A DNA stretch of 64,000 bases, taken from the NCBI GenBank assembly GCA_030141605.1, contig JAQGDQ010000687.1, forward strand, positions 1 through 64,000. Direction: 5' to 3'. The position numbers were made by a program, and so were the translations under genes. This DNA is from Tubiluchus corallicola (taxonomy: Eukaryota; Animalia; Priapulida). Below the pieces are notes generated by a model, which was not told the origin of the DNA, did not search any database, and worked only from the letters and a program-made list of their open reading frames with translations. Positions 41,034 to 54,129 of this stretch are shown here, one piece after another. The first letter of the stretch is position 1; every line of letters begins with the position of its first letter.

Positions 41034-41639
41034 GTAAGAGAAAGTTTAGCTGTACAAGATATTAAATAAGTTGGAAACTACAATTGCTTGGTTTTGTCTG
41101 CGGCATCAAAGTCAAATCCACAGAAGCAATTAATTGCAAACAGTTTTCAATTTTCAACAGGAAAAATGGAAACGAAAAGTCATTAATTAAACATGGAAAT
41201 AACGGTAATTTGTAGAGAGCCAATGTAATGTCACCAGGTATAGGGAGTATTTTCAACTTCGACGCTCGGGAAAAGTGTTCGTTTGTTAGCATGCTAATAT
41301 TGTTATAAAAAGCCACATAACTTTTTTCGAAAATACCTTGTTTATATGCTGGAAAATGTGAACAGCTGATCTCTTAACTGTGAGTGAACGAGTGTAGGAG
41401 TAAGTAGGACTACAAAGAGCGCTGAGAATTACTGCGTTTTTGATGTTCGCTGTTAATTTACGCCTTGATTATAGTTAAGCTAAGAGAAATGGAAAAAGTC
41501 GGTGCTTAAAAATCCCGTGAGATAAATAATTTACGTCATCGTCTCTTGTTTCCACGAATTTGTTGAAAGGCAAATAAAGAAATAAACGTAAAATTCGTGA
41601 CGGCTTTTATGAAGGTTTATATTTAGCATTACATAACTA

Positions 41640-42425
41640 ATAAGCAAGTTCGACTCGACTCATAATATTGGTCGAGGAAATCGGAGGAACTCACTGAATT
41701 CGAGTCTGTGGATAAAAAGTCTGGCTCTGTCAATAGATGCGAAATTTGTTCTAGTATACATATTCGTTCGCAGATTTAGGTTTAGATGTTTAGCTTTTTA
41801 AGAAAATGATGCCAATGGTACCATCTTGAATTCAAGATGTAAATCGAAAATCCGACTTTGTCAATCGATGCAGAATTCCTATTAAGTTTCATAGCGATTC
41901 ATTGCGAATTGATGGAGCAGTAGGCTTTCTTATAATGATGTTACAGCTATCGTCTTGAATTCAAGGTGGTAGATTTAAAATCTGACTCTGCCAAAGTTTC
42001 GTTGAGACTCGTTGCGAATTGGCCGAGCATTAGGCTGTTTTCGAAAATAATATTATTCGTTGCCTTGAATTCAAAATACCAGATGGAAAATCTGGTTGCG
42101 TCTTTCGATGTGGTATTCATTCTAGTATATTCATATAAAGTTTCACGACGATTCATTGCAAAATGACAGAGTTTTAGTTTTTTTCGAAAATGACGTTATT
42201 GCCGCCTTCTTGAATTCAAAAAAGGGTTCGAAAATCCGACTTTGTCACTCGATCACTTGTTCTAGCATATCCGTCTGAAGTTCATGACGATCCGAAGCAA
42301 ACTGGCGAAGCCCTACGCTTTTTCGAAATGTCATCCCAGCAACAATAACAACAACAACAAAAACAGCAAAAACATCCAGAAACGCAGTAGGGATTGGGTC
42401 GAGCGGCGCGAGCCTCGACCAACAA
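41640..42425 (+). mobile_element. HINE/Helentron-like repeat, family B copy 1
   Basis: 5' ttggtcgagg is inverted to 3' cctcgaccaa; 3' hairpin ggtcgag..ctcgacc; (AAC)n tract; ~120-bp subrepeats containing catcttgaattcaa. Confidence 0.7.
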
Positions 42426-44339
42426 ACGTTCTGTGTGACAAATTGAATTCAAGCGTCATTTCAAAATATCTGCTGATAGTCACATGTTAAAGCACAAGAA
42501 AAACCTTCATAAACATAAAGCTTAAAAAATTCGGCTTAAAATTTTATATTTTTACATGCTGCTTTTTACATACAGAACTTCAATCGGCAGTCACGCTGCA
42601 TAAAACATGTAAATTTAAACTCCCACGATGACCGTTAGACGCAGACATTTTGACGACAGGTCGTTTAACTAACTTTAGATAACATTGTGTAAACTTTGAA
42701 AAAATAATCAGAACATTCTTAACGCACACGTTACTAACGGAGTAAAATTTTAAATTACTGTATCTTGCCAATAAGATTAAAAATACGTTTTTGGTTAGTG
42801 AGTGGTGCACCCTGGAAGTGTGAGTCAGCGACATTTTTGCAATTAGTGAAAACATTTTAAATAATCAAAAATTTTCTTTTCTAGTTACATAAGTCTTTCC
42901 AGCAGGTAAGCGAAAAACTAAGTAATATAGATTTGCATGGAAAGTTTTTTGGGACATAATTTAACATTGGCTTTTCTTCCTCTGAGTTTACCTTTGCGTA
43001 GCGACGTCATGTAATGGCGACTTCGGTACAGTATTGCGGGAGATTTAAAATGAAGACAAATAGAAATTCTTTTCAATGCGATGAAATAAGTGCGTAAAAT
43101 TGCAGTAATGTGGTATAATTTTTTAAGGCGGTTTTTCTAAAAACTACTTCAGGTACCCCTTTGCTTGTCTTTTAAGTTATCGATTTTTTTGTTGCTTGGA
43201 AAAAGCCAACCGGTATTGTTGAGATCATGCGTCCATGTACATGACCCGTTTGCACCTACATGTTTTCTCTTGCTCCTTCTATAGTTGCCAAGAATTTTTT
43301 GTAGCTTAGTTTTAAAATACTCAATTGCTTAATTTTTGCTTAAGTATAATGCACACCTTAGTCACGTCAAAATGTGCAACAATAATCTGGAGTTATTAAT
43401 TTGTAATAATTAGTAAAAGAAAAACAAAATTGACTCATCGAGAAAAAATTAACAAAACACCACACGTCTGTAAATAATGCGTGTGAACTACTTTTTCGAT
43501 TCAAAATTATATACAATTACAAAAAGTTGCTTATGTAGACTATAGGGTTTAGTAGTTAAAGTAGCACTATAAATGCAAAATATGATTGCGTGTCATAAAG
43601 TAGTTTAGACATTTAGACATTGGACCTGCGTGTTATATCTAAATACTGACGAAAATCATACTTAGCGAATTAAATAACTCAAAGATTTAACAGAATAAGT
43701 GAACAAACTCGGGTATAATGATTTGTGTTGCGTATGGTCGCATTTTATAATTTCTTAACTAATATTTCTACGAATTGGTTTAGCTAAGCCACATAGCACG
43801 AAACTCGCACTGCCATTGCATTCGCAGACCTTAAAAACCTTTGACTGGACACCGAATTCAGCTCCACCGTCCTTCAATACTGAAGTTACATAAAGAAGCC
43901 AGTGTGTCGGAAATCATTTTTAAAAATGGCCGATCATGCAGTTTTGTCCCAATGATGAAAAATCTACCCAAGGTAATATTTTTTGTAGAGTGGTCCTGAA
44001 TTTATATCCATTGTCAGAAATGGGGCACATTGAGGTTTTTACGGAACTATATGCTGGCTCCAGAGCTAAGAAAACTGTATTAATTCTGACATGACGTCAC
44101 TGGCATTTCTGGTTCATTCAATAAAAAATAAAAATGCTGAATAAAGCACAAATAAAATGCTACTGTACAATTTTTCACGCTGAATTTTCACAAATTATAC
44201 GTCACCAGCATTCCAATCTACAGATTGGCAAAAACAGCGAAATGCCACAAAAATTCAGTTAAAGAAAAATTTCTTATATTTGTCATGTATTCTGTATCAT
44301 TCGGTTGTAAAATTTTAATAGCTAATATTCGTTGTTTGT

Positions 44340-44790
44340 ATGGTCTTACATTATCCGTTATTTTTTATTACATTATGCGTTGATTTTTGTTATATTACGC
44401 GTTAATTTTTTGTTATTACATTATCGGGCGTTTATTACATTATTAGCTGTAACAAAGGTTAAGCATGGAATGGATAAACTGTATGAGAAATTCTGTTAAA
44501 CTTGACTTGCAATAGTGAGGAACATCCCCTTCAAAATAGAATAAGAAAACGCCATTCTCACGTATTCTTACAGTGCTACACCACTGGTACAAGTAACATC
44601 AATTCCGCTAGTTATTACTCTAGTTACGTCACTACATTATCGGTTAGAATTTTTGTTATTACATTACGAGTTTGTATGGTGTTACAATGTGCGCTAAATT
44701 TCGGGTTATCACAACGTGCGTTTTTCGGGGTATTACATTGTGCAATATTTTTAATACAATATAGATTAGTTATTACATAATGTGTTGATA
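44340..44790. repeat. Minisatellite-like arrays of ttacattatNNgtt, probably MITE remnants
   Basis: Repeated tattacattat(c/g)cgtt units in two clusters (44345-44455, 44625-44790); related unit near 47795. Confidence 0.5.
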
Positions 44791-47700
44791 AAAATGCTTT
44801 AGCGTTGCCTTTAAATCTCTGACCTATCGACGAATTCGTCTGGATAAAATGGCGTGATCCGTATAATCGTGATGGAAAATTATTATGTATGCGGAATTGC
44901 ACCAACCATGAACTGGAAAGAGTAAAGTCAGCTTGCTCTTCATGTTCGTCAATCGCGTCCCGAAATAATCAATCCAAAAGTTGGTTGTCGCTCGTTCTTT
45001 ATTATTTATTGTTCGAAACGCAAACAACAGTCTGCCGCCTCACAATTTATGATTTGGATAATGTTTGTAAATAACTATTAAAAAAGAATGTAAGCCCTAC
45101 TTGCCCTTCACGAATGAGCCATAGTCATTATAACCATAACAACACAAAGATTTAAATGGAATCGTACGACTAACTTTAGTTTTTTTTAATTTGATATTCC
45201 GGGCTGCTCCCGCAATAATCTCAAGATAAACGCTGTGTCGTGCGGTATGTGGCTAGTAAAGCTTCGAGGTTTTAAATTTTTTTAATGCTTTTACTCGAAA
45301 ATTATTAAAAGCACCTTCGTAATTAACGGATATGCAACTTTAATCGAGGATGCTCCAATTTTCTAGCTTATAAAATTGCGTAAAAGCGGTTTGCATTTTA
45401 ATATTCCATGAATACGGCAGAACTGATATTCATACACTACTTTTTCTCATGGCGGCGTTGCACGAAATTTTCCAGTAGCATCATATTTTAAACCGCACTT
45501 CGGATAGCACGAAGCAATATACAAATAGTGTTATTTTGTGGTGCCTCTCCATCGCGTTGTCTTCTTGTTAGTCACTGTCATGTTTTTATCTCAAGTACAC
45601 AGCTCAAGTTTTGTATAATGAACAACACTGAACATATAAACATGTGCATGTATAAATAAGCCTTTTCACAGTTCCTGCGACTCATGATGATTGTGAAAAA
45701 GTCAAAGGTTAAGTGTACCAGACAACGCATTTGTGTACGCTTGTCAACGCCTCGCAGCTCATGTTGTTGTAATAGTAACAGTTTTAACTGCTACCTAGAA
45801 CCTTACCTAGCTCTTTTTTCTTGTTCTCAAGCAAGATTCTGCTAGTAAATCGTTCTATACGCTGACTAATGCAGAATTAAGTAAAACAGTTGAAGTTATT
45901 GAACTGATGTGGAAGACGGCTTCGCTTAACACATATCTTATGTGACTGTTGTAGTTAAGACGCGCTGCTGTGGTACACTTAACATTTGACCTACAGCAAC
46001 TGCTCGTGCGCACAACGAAAGTGTGAAAATGATTATTTTGGTAGAATAACAAAGCAACAGCCATGTTTAAGGGCACCAAAGGTGGACGTTCTACTCATGA
46101 ATATTGTTGTTCGGTTGTTGTTCGTGTTTTTAAAACCGATAAATACATTGTATTTCGCTATGCTTATCGCACGTAACGAACAGTTAAATTGTTATTCGGT
46201 TTTCGAATTACGAGAAATGAACAACAACAATACTAATTTCATTGCACTTTACTGAGAGCCAACGAAGTTCTCAGTCTTGGGCTAACGGTTATGCTTTTTC
46301 TGAATGCTGATACCACTGACACAACTTGCAGATCCATATTCCTCCAGCGACGGAGAACAGTTTAAGAATTGCTCCGCGTGTTGTTGTCGCTCTAGCATTA
46401 AAAACAGCTAGGCCTGCTAACATGAATTAGTTAAAGTAGTTTAAAATTTCGTCCTCAATTTCTTAAATCACAACATAGCCGAGTTAGGTGAAACAACACA
46501 CTTCTAGCTAGTAACTGTTTTCTATATGAGAGCGTGAGAGGGCAACAAAAAAGAAAAAAAAGAAAATGTATTGGTAATTTTAAGCCTTTGTTTCTGCATT
46601 CCATTATAAAATCCTGTTTCGTTTTGCGAAAGATGTTAACTCTCTCGGAAATCGGGAAGCCTTGCGTAGAGTAGCTAATATCTTGGCAAAATGCCAATGC
46701 ACGCGATTTCTTCTGATTAGTTTTTGTCTTAAAATAAAGTGGCAACCTTTATAATTGCACTCTAATGGTACCGCGGGGGTTTTCATGCTTACACGTGTGA
46801 CTTGCGGGGGCAGAAAGTTATTTTTATTATAGCAATTTCACACGCACACGTTAAACAGCCAAGCAACTATAAAGGAAGATGTGTAAAAGATTCAGGCTCA
46901 GTTAGCTTCTAATGTGACTCTTATGAGCCAGGCTTCTACCTTAACAGACGTACAGTGCAATAGATAAAAGATACGTACGTAGCCTGGCTTCCATTTAACA
47001 CGACACTGCTACTTAAAACGCATCCATCACTTTTACCTTCGCAATATGGTTTCACGCAATTTACCATTGGGCATTAGTTATTATAATTCGATGCATTTCT
47101 GTTAATGTGGGTCGTACGTGCAATCTAAATATTACCGCCTGCCCAAGGCCAGTCTGTGAAGTACTGATAATGTAATTTATGTAATGTATTTGTGCCTGAA
47201 TGCCTATGTAATGAGGCTGACATAATGTCGTTTGCAAGGGCTGCGGCATCGTGACACGCGCAAATGTAAAAGTTATATTTGTCTAAAGCCGCTTTCTTGT
47301 TTGTTGTGATACCACACGGCAAAATCGCCGATTGACAAACCAATTAATTTTACAAGGAAAATGCATAAAGAAACCTGCCACGTGTTTACATTAGGGGAGT
47401 ATGGCTTTCACGCGAGTCTTATAGTAAATGTATCGACGCCTCCACAAATACCTGAAAATAGAATTATTTTTCAAAACGGCAAAATGGCACACATGCGCCG
47501 ATTACCTTTACAAGCTTGCGTAAGTCGCTTTAAAAGGCAGCCGACGTAATTAAAAATTGAGGCTTGTAGCAGTAGTTTATTGACTTATTTAAACACAATT
47601 TGCATTGCAAATATGCCAAGTAAAAAACGAAACAGTACGTCGAATGATATAATACAAGCACAGTTACAATCGCTCTGCTCATTTTTAAAAACAACGATTA

Positions 47701-48059
47701 ACTAGTTAGAATATGTAACTTTAATACGTTGTTGAATTTCGTGACGTTTTGAATAAGTCTTTAGGAATAGAAAGTCCCTAAAACAGTAAAATTTACATTA
47801 TAGGTGTTATTATTTACATTGAAGGTTCTTTATACGTTGCGTTAATGGATATAAATATAAGATTTCTCTCCGTAGCCTTTGCCATCTTACTGTCTATATG
47901 ATGTGTGACTGCAGGCGCATTCTAGAAAAGTCTGATGCTCATTCACTGATGCTAGCATGACAGCAGAACGTTATACTGGTAAAGCGGGATTAATTTTTAA
48001 GTACTAAGTCGGTTTTGTTTGAAACTCTGTTCCTTATTGAGGCTAATAATTTCACATAC

Positions 48060-48739
48060 TGCATTATTTCAAACTTTTAAGTATTATTTACAGGCAAGTT
48101 GTTCAAGCCTTTTGCTAGATCGGAGTTGCAACTTTCTTGCTATTGTAAAGATAAAATCTGCAGCTTTTACTAGGTAATTATGGTACTACACATCAACTAA
48201 TTATTATTACTACATCATTATTATTATTATCATTAATTATTATCACATCAAATCATTATTACTTCAAATACTTCATTATATTTAAATATTATATCAAGTT
48301 ACAGGAACTTGCTTCTATTCGGCTTTCTCACCATTTGTAATGCCCTACATATGTAATAATTTGAAGTAATAATGATTTGAATAAAATTTGATTATCTTAA
48401 GCTTTAAAAGTGTCTGTTCGATTCTAAGTTCACAAAATGGTCGCCTTATAGTAGAAATTGTTAATTAAATAACTTTGTGTGGATTTATGGTGAAAACGAA
48501 AATTTTACACGTTAATTAACTTGTATTTTGTGTTAAAACGAGTTGCTTTGCTTTGACTAATACGTAGTAAATGAAAAATCTGTAAAAATTATGGGCTCAG
48601 CGTTGATGTGTAATACCATAATTACCTAGTAAAAGCTGCAGATTTTATCTTTACAATAGCGAGAAAGTTGCAACTCCGATCTAGCCAAAGGCTTGAACAA
48701 CTTGCCTGTGAATAATATTTAAAAGTTTGAAATAATGCA
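48060..48739. repeat. Long inverted repeat (foldback), ~138-bp arms 48060-48197 and 48602-48739
   Basis: Arms are near-perfect reverse complements with only a handful of mismatches; a nested inverted pair lies at about 48248-48268 / 48360-48380. Confidence 0.92.
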
Positions 48740-49244
48740 CTTGTAATAGCCTTGTAATTAGCACTTGTAATAGCAAAGCTCTCTTGTGCAATACGATTAT
48801 GCAATACAATTTTAATGCACTGTAACACAATGTAAAAACTGTGCTCAAAACACAAAATTCAGCGAAATGAAACGACAGGACATGCCATGTATGCTATTCA
48901 TCAGATTATAAATTAACACAATCGAAATAAATATGGTATCAAGTTATGCTATTAACGCAAAACAAAGGGATACACCGCGAGATAAAATGAAAAATGTCAC
49001 ACTGTCTTAAAGACAAATTATCTTTACTTTAGTTATGTAAATTTCAGTTATAGTTTTGCAAGATTTTACAAAATTGAAGTGTAAATCTTTCCGCTTTTCA
49101 TTAACCAGAAAGCCAGCTATAATGTAAGCTAACAACATATCGGCGCATCGGAACGTAATGCAATGCAAAGCAATAACGCAACTGTAACATGGTACAGCAC
49201 TGTATACAATATACCACAGAATCTAGATAACAGTGCAATGCTAC

Positions 49245-49545
49245 CTGTTATGTCGTAATAGATTACGTTACGACGTTACGTTACATGTTTTCATGTAATG
49301 TTATATTGCATCATGTTATGTTATATTGTGTTGCATTTTGTTGCGTTGTGTTGTGCTGTGTTCTGTTATGTTATGCAATGCTGTGCTGGACTATACTGTG
49401 TCATGCTATACTGTGTTATGTTATGTTGCGTTACGTTACGTTATATTATGCTGTATTACTTATATTTTGTCGTGTCATGTTATGCTATGTCATGTCGTGT
49501 CGTGTCGTGTCGTGTTCATGTCATGTCGTGTCATGTTATTTTATA
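49245..49545. repeat. Pentamer microsatellite (TGTTA/TGTCG/TGTCA)
   Basis: tgttatgttatgttgcgttacgttacgttat...tgtcgtgtcgtgtcgtgt; explains the three Cys/Val ORFs at 49285-49634. Confidence 0.92.
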
Positions 49546-49649
49546 TATCACAGGACAATACAATATTACCCAACGTAATACAAACCATTAGAGCGCAACA
49601 CAACAAAATTATACTGAATTTTATTTCATACTGACAATGTTTGTTTCAG

Positions 49650-49812
49650 ATCAGGAATCTCAATAAATGGGAACCGAAATGCAGACTTTTACGTGGCCAA
49701 AAGGAACTGCTGTTGTATGGTAAACAGTTATAGGATGCGCACGAGACACATAAGCAATTTAGCCGTGTCATATAAATTTATTCGCAGTTGTGCGTGTGGT
49801 CCCTGCTACTGA
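49650..49812 (+). CDS. Secreted cystine-knot-like protein, coding exon 2
   Basis: Branch CTGAC 49631 and acceptor TTTCAG 49649, phase-compatible; (R)SGISINGNRNADFYVAKRNCCCMVNSYRMRTRHISNLAVSYKFIRSCACGPCY*; total 122 aa. Confidence 0.78.
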
Positions 49813-52800
49813 AAAGTGTCCTCACCAGTGGTTGTGCCATGTAACCAACACTTTCCTAATTCTTGTAAATTTAACGTGGAGCTGGGAGAAGCATTTTATT
49901 TCGAACAACGATGAGTCTGTAAGAAATGGCTAAAGTAAAACGATGCTGTCACTTCAAAGAACACAACATGCTTCAACCTCATCATAGAAATGATCTGACA
50001 TGTTTAGTAATTTCAGAACGGGAATCGACTGTTTACCATGCATGCATGTAAGCAGTTATCTACGGACTGCAAAAACGATATAGCTGTGTGTAGAAGGACC
50101 AAACAAGCCACCAAGGACTCTATAATCTGAATCAGAATATACCATAAAACTGTCATTATTTGCCATTATGTAATGCACGCTATCAAGTTAATGATCAGTG
50201 CGCAATTCGCGATTACGAAAACAGTTACCAGATCATATTTTACTTCACACAAGAGGACAGCGACTTTTAGTCAAGGCTGGATCTTAAATTATAGCAAGTT
50301 ATTTGTATAGTTGGCTTATTACACAAAATTAGATATACCTGTCAACCGTGTATGTCGTTGCCTCAGCTGCAAGCATTGATGCAAAGTAGCAACAATTTAT
50401 GCAATAGGTACGGTCCAGTATTTGGCGATTAATCTGCTATTCTAGTCTCCTGGTCAAAAGGGCATCTTCACTTCTATCCGATCTACCACATTTCTCTTTG
50501 TTATGTTACGGTAACCACATAAAGATGAATTTCACGCGGTTTGTGCGGGTGATGGGAAGCAAATATAGCCATTCTAATGAGCCATGTTAAAGGGGAAGAA
50601 AAAGGAATTTTAAAGTATATTCCTTTCCACACAAAATTATAATACTTAGCATTACTGTTTCCTGTTTGAAAGACTTATGCAATTGGAAAAGAAAATCAAT
50701 AATAATTTAAATGTTCACGCCAGGTTGCCTGTAGAACATCATTATGCTCTGATAATTTTTTAAAACTTTATGCAATATCATCTAAACTATGTTCAGAAGA
50801 CTTTCTGTTGAAATGGCTGCACCTAACGATTATCGCGACAGCTTAAATTTACAACTTTTATACAGCGTTACTGCTAACGCAAACTCTGTATGCAATAAGG
50901 TGGCATGTCAACGGTACAAAATTTCAAGACCAGTTTTTAAGCTTTATTTTTGAAGAATGTTTTCTTGTTCCTTAATTTATGAAAAGTGGTACATGTGGCT
51001 CACGGGAAAAATCGACATATTGAACAAAATCATGCAGATCACAACTAAGTCTTTGTCATAGGGGTGTTTGCTCCTTGTTGTTGGAATTCTGTGATTTCGC
51101 ACAGATTTTGCCGTCTAATGTGAGCGGGAACGCAAAAACATTAAATTTGATTTATACATCATGGCTTATGGCACAACAATTAAAAATTGATTAGGGATTT
51201 ACATAATGACTAGGGCAGCTCATTTGGAGGGCATTATCACATTCTTATGAGATGAAAAACATTCTTATGAGATGAAAATCATGTCATTCGTGTGAACTGC
51301 TACGAAATCGGAAGGGATAGTAAATTTACGCAGGAAACCTTTGGGAGTCGCTCTATTACAATATTAAATGCTATATCATTAAAAAACTGAATCCGGGTAA
51401 ATACAATCAAGGCTGAGTGAACAAAACAAAATAAACGAATGAACAGCAAGACATCAAAACAGGACAAAGGCAATGTTTAAAGTACATTTTTAACAATTTG
51501 TTGTAGAGCTTTGATTTAAGCGAACGTAAGCAACAAAGTTTTTGATTGAAGTCACGCTGTTTTTGTATGTTTCGAGCTCTAAAATGGGATTCCTGGAAAT
51601 GCTTGATGAGCTTAGTATATAGCAAGTAATGCAGACCAGAATTTTTTTCTTATGAACAGCCTTGGAAATCACGTGCATAGTATGTACGAATTTATTACTT
51701 CCTAGATTCTTTCGACGCTGCTTTCATAACAATTTTAAAGAATGATTTTTGTGCAGTAAAATTTATTTTACCAATATGAGGAAATAGATGAGAAATAATT
51801 GCTTCGAATCTTCACAGCCTTACAAATTCCTTTTATTTGAATGGATATTAGGACAAAGATATTATAAAAGATTACATAGTAATGCGTATTTATTTGACAC
51901 GAGTTAAACAGGATCAGAGGAAACCTTCTGGGTCGATAGACTGATGACATGTTTCTAAAATAATTGTTATAATAATTGGTTTTTCTATTTTACATTAACT
52001 TACAATGCTAAGTTTAACTAATGGTAATTAATTTCGCTATGTGCTAAAATTTAGTCAACAAAAGTGCCGTGTGCACTGTTTGTCTTCGATTCGACAGACT
52101 TTAAAATTTTTTAAAAGATTCGATCATAATGGAAGAGTATTAAGGTAAATATATACATCGTTACTCAAAAAATCGGTATACTTCTTTTCGATATAAAGTT
52201 TTTGATGCAAATGATAAATAATTCCATATTGTTCGGACATTTTATTTTGGCATGCACACCCCATGTCGTTTAGCGATTTCTTCGTTTATGAATTAAATAC
52301 GTAACCAAACCCGTAAAATGTCGTCTTCTTATCATTTATAAATTATAGCACAATGAGCTCTTGAATTATTACAGCCTCAATCAGAATAGCGCAGTGAAAT
52401 GACCACAATCATGCAGACGCGTAGTAATCCTTGCAAAATTTTAATCGATCATGATAAGTGATTACTTACATCTCGGACTGTGGGCAGACATTCTTTGCAT
52501 TCAGAATTAAAGACTACATAGAGTACCTAATTAAAATCTCTGTTATTTTACGAATGCTTTATTAATTGTGCCACCCACATGTTGTTTTCTTTGCCAATTT
52601 CACAATTATTATCATTAAATTTGATCCAAAATAGCAATATACAGAAGAAATTTTGCAGCCACAAGTTTTACAATACCTAGTGTACTTAGTGAAGCAGGCT
52701 CATCAAGTTTATTGATTAAGTATACAATAACGTTATAATGCAAAACAGGAAGCATGTTACTGTGCACCCCATTTTGAGGCTGTTTGTGAATCATGACAAA

Positions 52801-52988
52801 AGTGATGCCTTTAGGCTTCCTATACTAAAGCATCACTAAAATACTATTCGTGTTAGCATACGTATTCGTTTTCGATTGCAAATAACAACCAGAAAGCCTT
52901 GTTGGACGTGCGAAGTTTAGGCAAATTAGTAAGCTAGTAGGCATCTCCTTCGCTTTCTAAGAAAGATACTGTAATTTAATACAATAAA

Positions 52989-53008
52989 TTCTTCTTCTTC
53001 TTCTTCTT

Positions 53009-53092
<84 letters not shown>

Positions 53093-53113
53093 TTTGTTAT
53101 TGGTATTTTCCTT

Positions 53114-53186
<73 letters not shown>

Positions 53187-53239
53187 GCTGCTGCTGCTAT
53201 ATATATAAATATATATATTTAATAGATAGATAGATAGAT
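52989..53239. repeat. Compound microsatellite (TTC)n(TTA)n(CTA)n(CTG)n(TA)n(GATA)n
   Basis: Directly visible; begins right after AATAAA (52983), suggesting a retroelement tail origin. Confidence 0.97.
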
Positions 53240-54129
53240 ACACATGTATAAATGCTCAGTGGGTGCAATTTGTACATGTATAGTCGGTACCAGCGACAGC
53301 TTGAGACAGTGCTGCAAGCAATCTGTCAATCTCAAAAAATTGTTTAATTCAATAAAGTTATTAAAAAGATTATTAATGTAACAGAGTTATTACTTTCACC
53401 TAACTTTCAAAATCGATGCTGCATCTGCTTTCTCTTGGACCAGCTGCTAAATACAGCAAAAGAACTTTTTGTTTATTCTTAACAAAAGTAATTAGTGTTG
53501 ATTGTACTAAGACAAGAACTACGAGATTCCGTGACTAACACAAGTTACAAAAATTTATTAATCAAACCTAAGCTTTGGTCAAAACTCAAGAACGGCGGAC
53601 GTCTGTATCCAAGGACATTGGATTTCATAGTGTCATTGCATATGGTCACTGTATATGAACACTGATTCATACAAATGCTGCAAACAAGGCAACATTCAAG
53701 GCAGAGGACAGTTGCAGAATATGAATGTAGATTCGAGAAAATAAAAGCATTTCTTGATGTTCTTCTAGACACAAATAAGGTGGTAGTTAACAAGGGTACA
53801 ATTTTCTGGTAAATAACTTCATAAATAAGAAGCCCGAGGGGCAAACTAGATTTTTAACAGCTGTCCTGTGTCTACGAATGTTCAAGGCAATGATGTGGAA
53901 AACATTAGCAAAACCGAGCAAACCGACTACTGAAGAGCAACCTTTGATACGATTGATCATTCATGCTTACACATTGTTATGACATAAGCGGGATCGCAAA
54001 AACTGGCTCAGAAGCAATTATATGTAATCGTTATCAAGGTGTTCGTTGCAATGTAGTGTACCACGAGCCTCTATTTTGGTCCTATTTTGTTTTTGGTGTG
54101 TATAAATGATATTGTTAATGTTGAAGATA

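Noticed and set aside
41640-42425. Regularly spaced palindromic repeats resembling a CRISPR array
   Set aside because: The 'spacers' are homologous to each other, the context is eukaryotic, and there are no cas genes; this is a tandem subrepeat of a transposon
49285-49634. Three overlapping Cys-rich ORFs
   Set aside because: Artefacts of the TGTTA/TGTCG pentamer repeat
51240-51278. 20-bp tandem duplication cattcttatgagatgaaaa
   Set aside because: Simple slippage duplication with no further structure
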